A program made the position numbers and the translations under genes. This document shows positions 60,901-64,000 of a DNA stretch of 64,000 nt, piece after piece. Source of the DNA: Lama guanicoe (taxonomy: Eukaryota); assembly GCA_013239625.1 (NCBI GenBank), contig MU053487.1, positions 3,121,058 through 3,185,057 on the forward strand. The letters run 5' to 3'. The notes under the pieces are model-generated. The model was not told where the DNA came from. It worked only from the letters and a program-made list of their open reading frames with translations, and searched no databases. Within the stretch, counting starts at the first letter, position 1. Every line of letters begins with the position of its first letter.

Positions 60901-63900
60901 AGATCAGTGTGGGGTTGGCTGATCTAGCTGGGCTTGGCTGGCTAGACCAGCATCCAGCTATGTGTCCGGGTGACCTTGGCTCCCTGCACCAGGTGGGGCT
61001 CAGGTCTGCTGCATGTGGATTCATGCTGGGGCCCAGGATGAAGGGGCAGGAGCTCTTCTCATGATGACAGCAGAGGCACGAGAGGGAAAGCTCAGCTGCA
61101 TGAGTACATGTCAAGCCCCAGCCAGCATCTCATTGTCAAAGCACCTCACACGGCCAAAGTCAAGGGCAAAGAAGTGCATGCTGTCTCTGGTAGTGGGAAC
61201 TGCTCACTCACAGGGCAGAGGATGTGGATATAGAGGAGAGTGAAGAACTGGGGCCGCTTCTCAATCTACCGTGTTTCTCTTAACTCTTTCTTGTTTAGAG
61301 CTCTCTGTGAGTAACCATATTTTAGCTCAAGTAATACCGCAACATAGCCTTGCCCAATGGCCTAAGCGGCCAACTGGAACACTTGTTGGTTAGTTTCTTA
61401 AATCTCAAAATGACCACAGTGTTCTAAGAATTTTGTTAGGTGGTTTGGGCTCGGAGGATGAGTAAGGTTTGGGTGCAGGTTCTTAGACATCAGTCTGGCT
61501 TGAAACACTTTTTCCTCGTTCCCTTCTATGTAGTGAAGACTATCTTCAGATGGTGTGCGGACAATGAACTGCTACAGAAACATCACTTGATCTGCCCAGA
61601 CGATTACTACAGCGATACAGTGCCATTTTGCTCTGCACCTAAAGGTAACGCTTCTGTACTCCCTTATAGCCTCTGATACCATCGTAGGGAAGTTCTTTAG
61701 TAGCAAGCCCACACCAGCCACCTCTGCTGCCATTTTCCTCTTTGTAGATTTTTTTTTGTCTTTCCTTTCCTTTTTAAAATTTTATTTATTTATTTTTAAT
61801 TGAAATATGGTTGATTTGCAATATTGTGTTAGTTTCAGGTGTATAGCAAAGTGATTTGGTTGTACATGTATATGTTTTCAATTCTTTTTCCCCATTATGG
61901 GTTAATATGAGATACTGAGTATAGTTCCTTGTGCTATACGGTAAATCCTGTTGCTTATCTATTTTATATATGGTAGCATGTATCTGTTAATCCTATGCTC
62001 CTAATTTATCCCTCCCCCCACCTCCCACTTTAGTAACCATAAGTTTGTTTTCTATGTCTGTGAGTCTGTTTCTGTTTTGTAAATAAGTTCATTCATATCA
62101 TTTTTTTAGATTCCACATATTAAGTGACTTCATATGATATTTGTCTTTCTCTGACTTCCTTCACTTAGTATGATAATCTCTAGCTCCATCCATGTTGCTG
62201 CAAATGCATTATTTTTATGGCTGAGTAATACTCCATAGTTCCTTTAATTTTGATAGAAACTATTGAGAGGGTCAAATCTGAGTAAGCCACTTCCTCCCCA
62301 GCTCCCTAACACTTACAAGACACAAGTCTTAGCTCCTCAGAGTGGAATATGACACTCTCGTCAGCTGTCCAACACCAGGAGATACAAAAATGCTCAGAAA
62401 TGCAGTTGAATGAACCAAGAGAGGGAGGGTCTGAAGTCCTAGATAAGCAAGGGAGCAAGTTTCTGATGGAGTCAGAACACAGACCTAGGGGCTCCCCCCT
62501 CCCCCTGACAGACTGGAGCAACGCTAAGTATGGACAGAAGGTTGGGTGGGGAGCAGAGAAGGTTGTGTGTGTGTGTGTGTATGTGTGTGAGAGAGAGATA
62601 CGATAGTTTCCTGTGATATGGGAGACAAGGTCTTCTGAGAATGAATGGGGGTGGGGAAGCTGTATTGTGGGCTTCAGCAGGGAGATAGAGTTTTGAAAGA
62701 GTCGCCATGTAGATTTCTGTGGCCAAACCTCAGGTGGCCTAGCAGTGCCAGACTCCGAAGGTGAGCTCGTCAGCCACCCCAATTTGGTGGGACTCTGATG
62801 ATGTCTGGGGATTTGGAGCTGAGAAGACATTTAGGGTGGGAGGCCTGGGGTCCAGAGAATTGAGGTTACCGATCAGGAAAGAGTTCATGATGGCCTGAGC
62901 CCTGTAGAGAGGAAGGCCAGAGAAGGTAGTAGAATCAAATGTCATGAAAAAGTGTGTTCACGTGTGGGGTATGTGTACATGTGTACATGTGTGTGTGACA
63001 GTGGTCCACTCATGTTACCTGACCATGTTCAACAACCGAACAAATACTTTAACCCTCTAGTCTCCAGGACACAGAATAAGTTCCAGGAGTAAGTTATATG
63101 TGAAATAAAGGGCAGTTACATCCGGTGTAGGAAATGTGAAAGTTTAGGGAAGAGTATCAAGCTGACTGTGCCTTTGGTGGTTTTATTTAGTCATCCTAGA
63201 AGCATCCACCACTTCACCTTGGTGACGTAACTTTAGTTTTTTCCTTGGTGCTATAGGCAACTTTGTCCCTGGATACTCAAAACTGACATTTAGTTGTGAA
63301 CAACGTTTCGCCCCAAAGAAAGAGCTGACCAAGAAGCTGGCATGCCGGAAGACGCGCTCTCAGTCCGAAGACGAGCTGGACTTCACTATGGACAGCCTGA
63401 CGTGGGCCTCATCTTTCAAGGCCAAACTCAGGTCCAGAGAAACTGTCAAGGTGAATGTTGCAACCCACACATTGGTGTGGATGTGGGCAGTGGGGATGGG
63501 CAGTGATGAGGGGAAGGGGTCCCAGGTGACACGAGGAGTCGTGATAAACCCACGGTGAGACAGGAGGGTTTGTCTTGGCTCTCTGTGGGTCCTGTGGTCA
63601 GCCAGGTGTCAACACGCATAGCCCCTCTGCCTGTCATTAACTCTGTCCCTTTTTAAAAAAATATATATTTCTTTATTTATTTTGGGTGGAAGTAATTAGG
63701 TTTATTTATTTTAATGGAAGTACTGGGAATGGAACTCAGGACCTTGTGCATGCTAAGCATGCGCTCTACCACTGAGCTATAGCCTCCCTGCCGACTCTGT
63801 ACTTTTTATTGTGTTCCAAAGAAAACAGGTTCACAAAAGAATAAAAGATGGATGAACCATTTACGGGTGCCACAGAGGCAGCAGGAGCGGCTTCTACTCG

Positions 63901-64000
63901 CCAGGATGGAGAGTCGGAACCGCTTCCTGAAAAACCCTCGCTTTTTCCCCCCTAATACTCCGTATGGGGGCAAGTCTCTTCTCTTTCCTCCGAAGAAGCC
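51269..64000 (+). CDS. DLEC1: DLEC1 (CFAP81, cilia/flagella-associated protein), 5' part, truncated by the window end
   Basis: Exons 51269-51664, 52794-52944, 61534-61644, 63257-63450, 63822-64000+. Phases are consistent; peptides [45 protein letters not shown] and [19 protein letters not shown] match recalled DLEC1; synteny with PLCD1. Confidence 0.95.
52794..52944 (+). CDS. DLEC1: DLEC1 coding exon 2 ([18 protein letters not shown]...KMPP)
   Basis: tgccag| acceptor, |gtgtgt donor. Confidence 0.93.
54608..54734 (-). mobile_element. Short 5'-truncated younger L1 3' end with a 14-bp target-site duplication
   Basis: AACTTCATTCTTTT at 54594-54607 and 54735-54748 flank a T-rich tail plus ttattgagttacagtcagtttacaatgttgtg. 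Confidence 0.75.
55685..55830 (-). mobile_element. tRNA-Ala-derived SINE (camelid vic-1-like)
   Basis: Minus strand GGGGAGGGTATAGCTTAGTGG..GGTCCTGGGTTCAATCCC..CCTCCA plus A-rich tail; Pol III A and B boxes. Confidence 0.85.
57180..57318 (-). mobile_element. tRNA-Ala-derived SINE (camelid vic-1-like)
   Basis: Same head as the 55685 copy (tggaggtactggggattgaactcaggaccttgtgcatgctaagcatgc on +). Confidence 0.85.
60880..61270. mobile_element. Old LTR (MLT-like) remnant
   Basis: gatctagctgggcttggctgg..ggctcaggtctgct..ggccaaagtcaaggg..agtgaagaactgggg..caatctacc. Confidence 0.55.
61534..61644 (+). CDS. DLEC1: DLEC1 coding exon 3 ([36 protein letters not shown])
   Basis: ctatgtag| acceptor, |gtaacg donor. 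Confidence 0.93.
61770..62240 (-). mobile_element. L1 3' end
   Basis: ttttaattgaaatatggttgattt..ttagtttcaggtgtatagcaaagtgatt..tagtaaccataagtttgttttctatgtctgtgagtc. Confidence 0.85.
63257..63450 (+). CDS. DLEC1: DLEC1 coding exon 4 ([16 protein letters not shown]...ETVK)
   Basis: ctatag| acceptor, |gtgaat donor. Confidence 0.9.
63656..63793 (-). mobile_element. tRNA-Ala-derived SINE (camelid vic-1-like) immediately upstream of DLEC1 exon 5
   Basis: Minus strand GGGAGGCTATAGCTCAGTGGTAGAGCGCATGCTTAGCATGCACAAGGTCCTGAGTTC..; TSD-like actctgt..ttttta on both sides. Confidence 0.88.
63822..64000 (+). CDS. DLEC1: DLEC1 coding exon 5, partial ([18 protein letters not shown]...FPPKK)
   Basis: ttccaaag| acceptor gives the correct frame; runs off the window. 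Confidence 0.9.

Noticed and set aside
63713..63790. tRNA-Ala-like cloverleaf (also at about 55755-55830 and 57240-57318)
   Set aside because: SINE heads with A-rich tails, TSD-like flanks and stem mismatches; not functional tRNA genes

Overview
Mammalian genomic DNA containing the conserved VILL - PLCD1 - DLEC1 block. The host is probably a camelid, judged from three copies of a tRNA-Ala-derived SINE resembling vic-1. I reconstructed the genes by reading splice sites and codon phase. VILL (villin-like, + strand) has 19 coding exons at 8132-21380 giving an intact 868 aa protein. PLCD1 (phospholipase C delta 1, - strand) is convergent with VILL, has 14 shared exons plus two alternative first exons (756 aa and 779 aa products), and its intron 3 is U12-type. 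DLEC1/CFAP81 (+ strand) is divergent from PLCD1; its first five coding exons start at 51269 and run off the window end. The rest is introns and intergenic DNA with L1, L2, MIR, MaLR LTR, hAT DNA transposons, SINEs, CpG islands, simple repeats, a 35-N gap and a 523-bp near-identical tandem duplication beside the gap. Gene identities come from recalled human orthologue sequences and repeat classes from recalled consensus motifs; no search was run, and repeat boundaries are approximate. I found no new gene or self-contained novel system. The best leads are regulatory or splicing features: a 2-kb decayed 19-bp repeat rich in forkhead cores upstream of the VILL ATG, a dense CACGTG/NRF1 cluster at VILL exon 4, a SINE inserted between the branch point and acceptor of DLEC1 exon 5, a SINE with an apparent 3' transduction, and an RFX X-box lying on the DLEC1 start codon.
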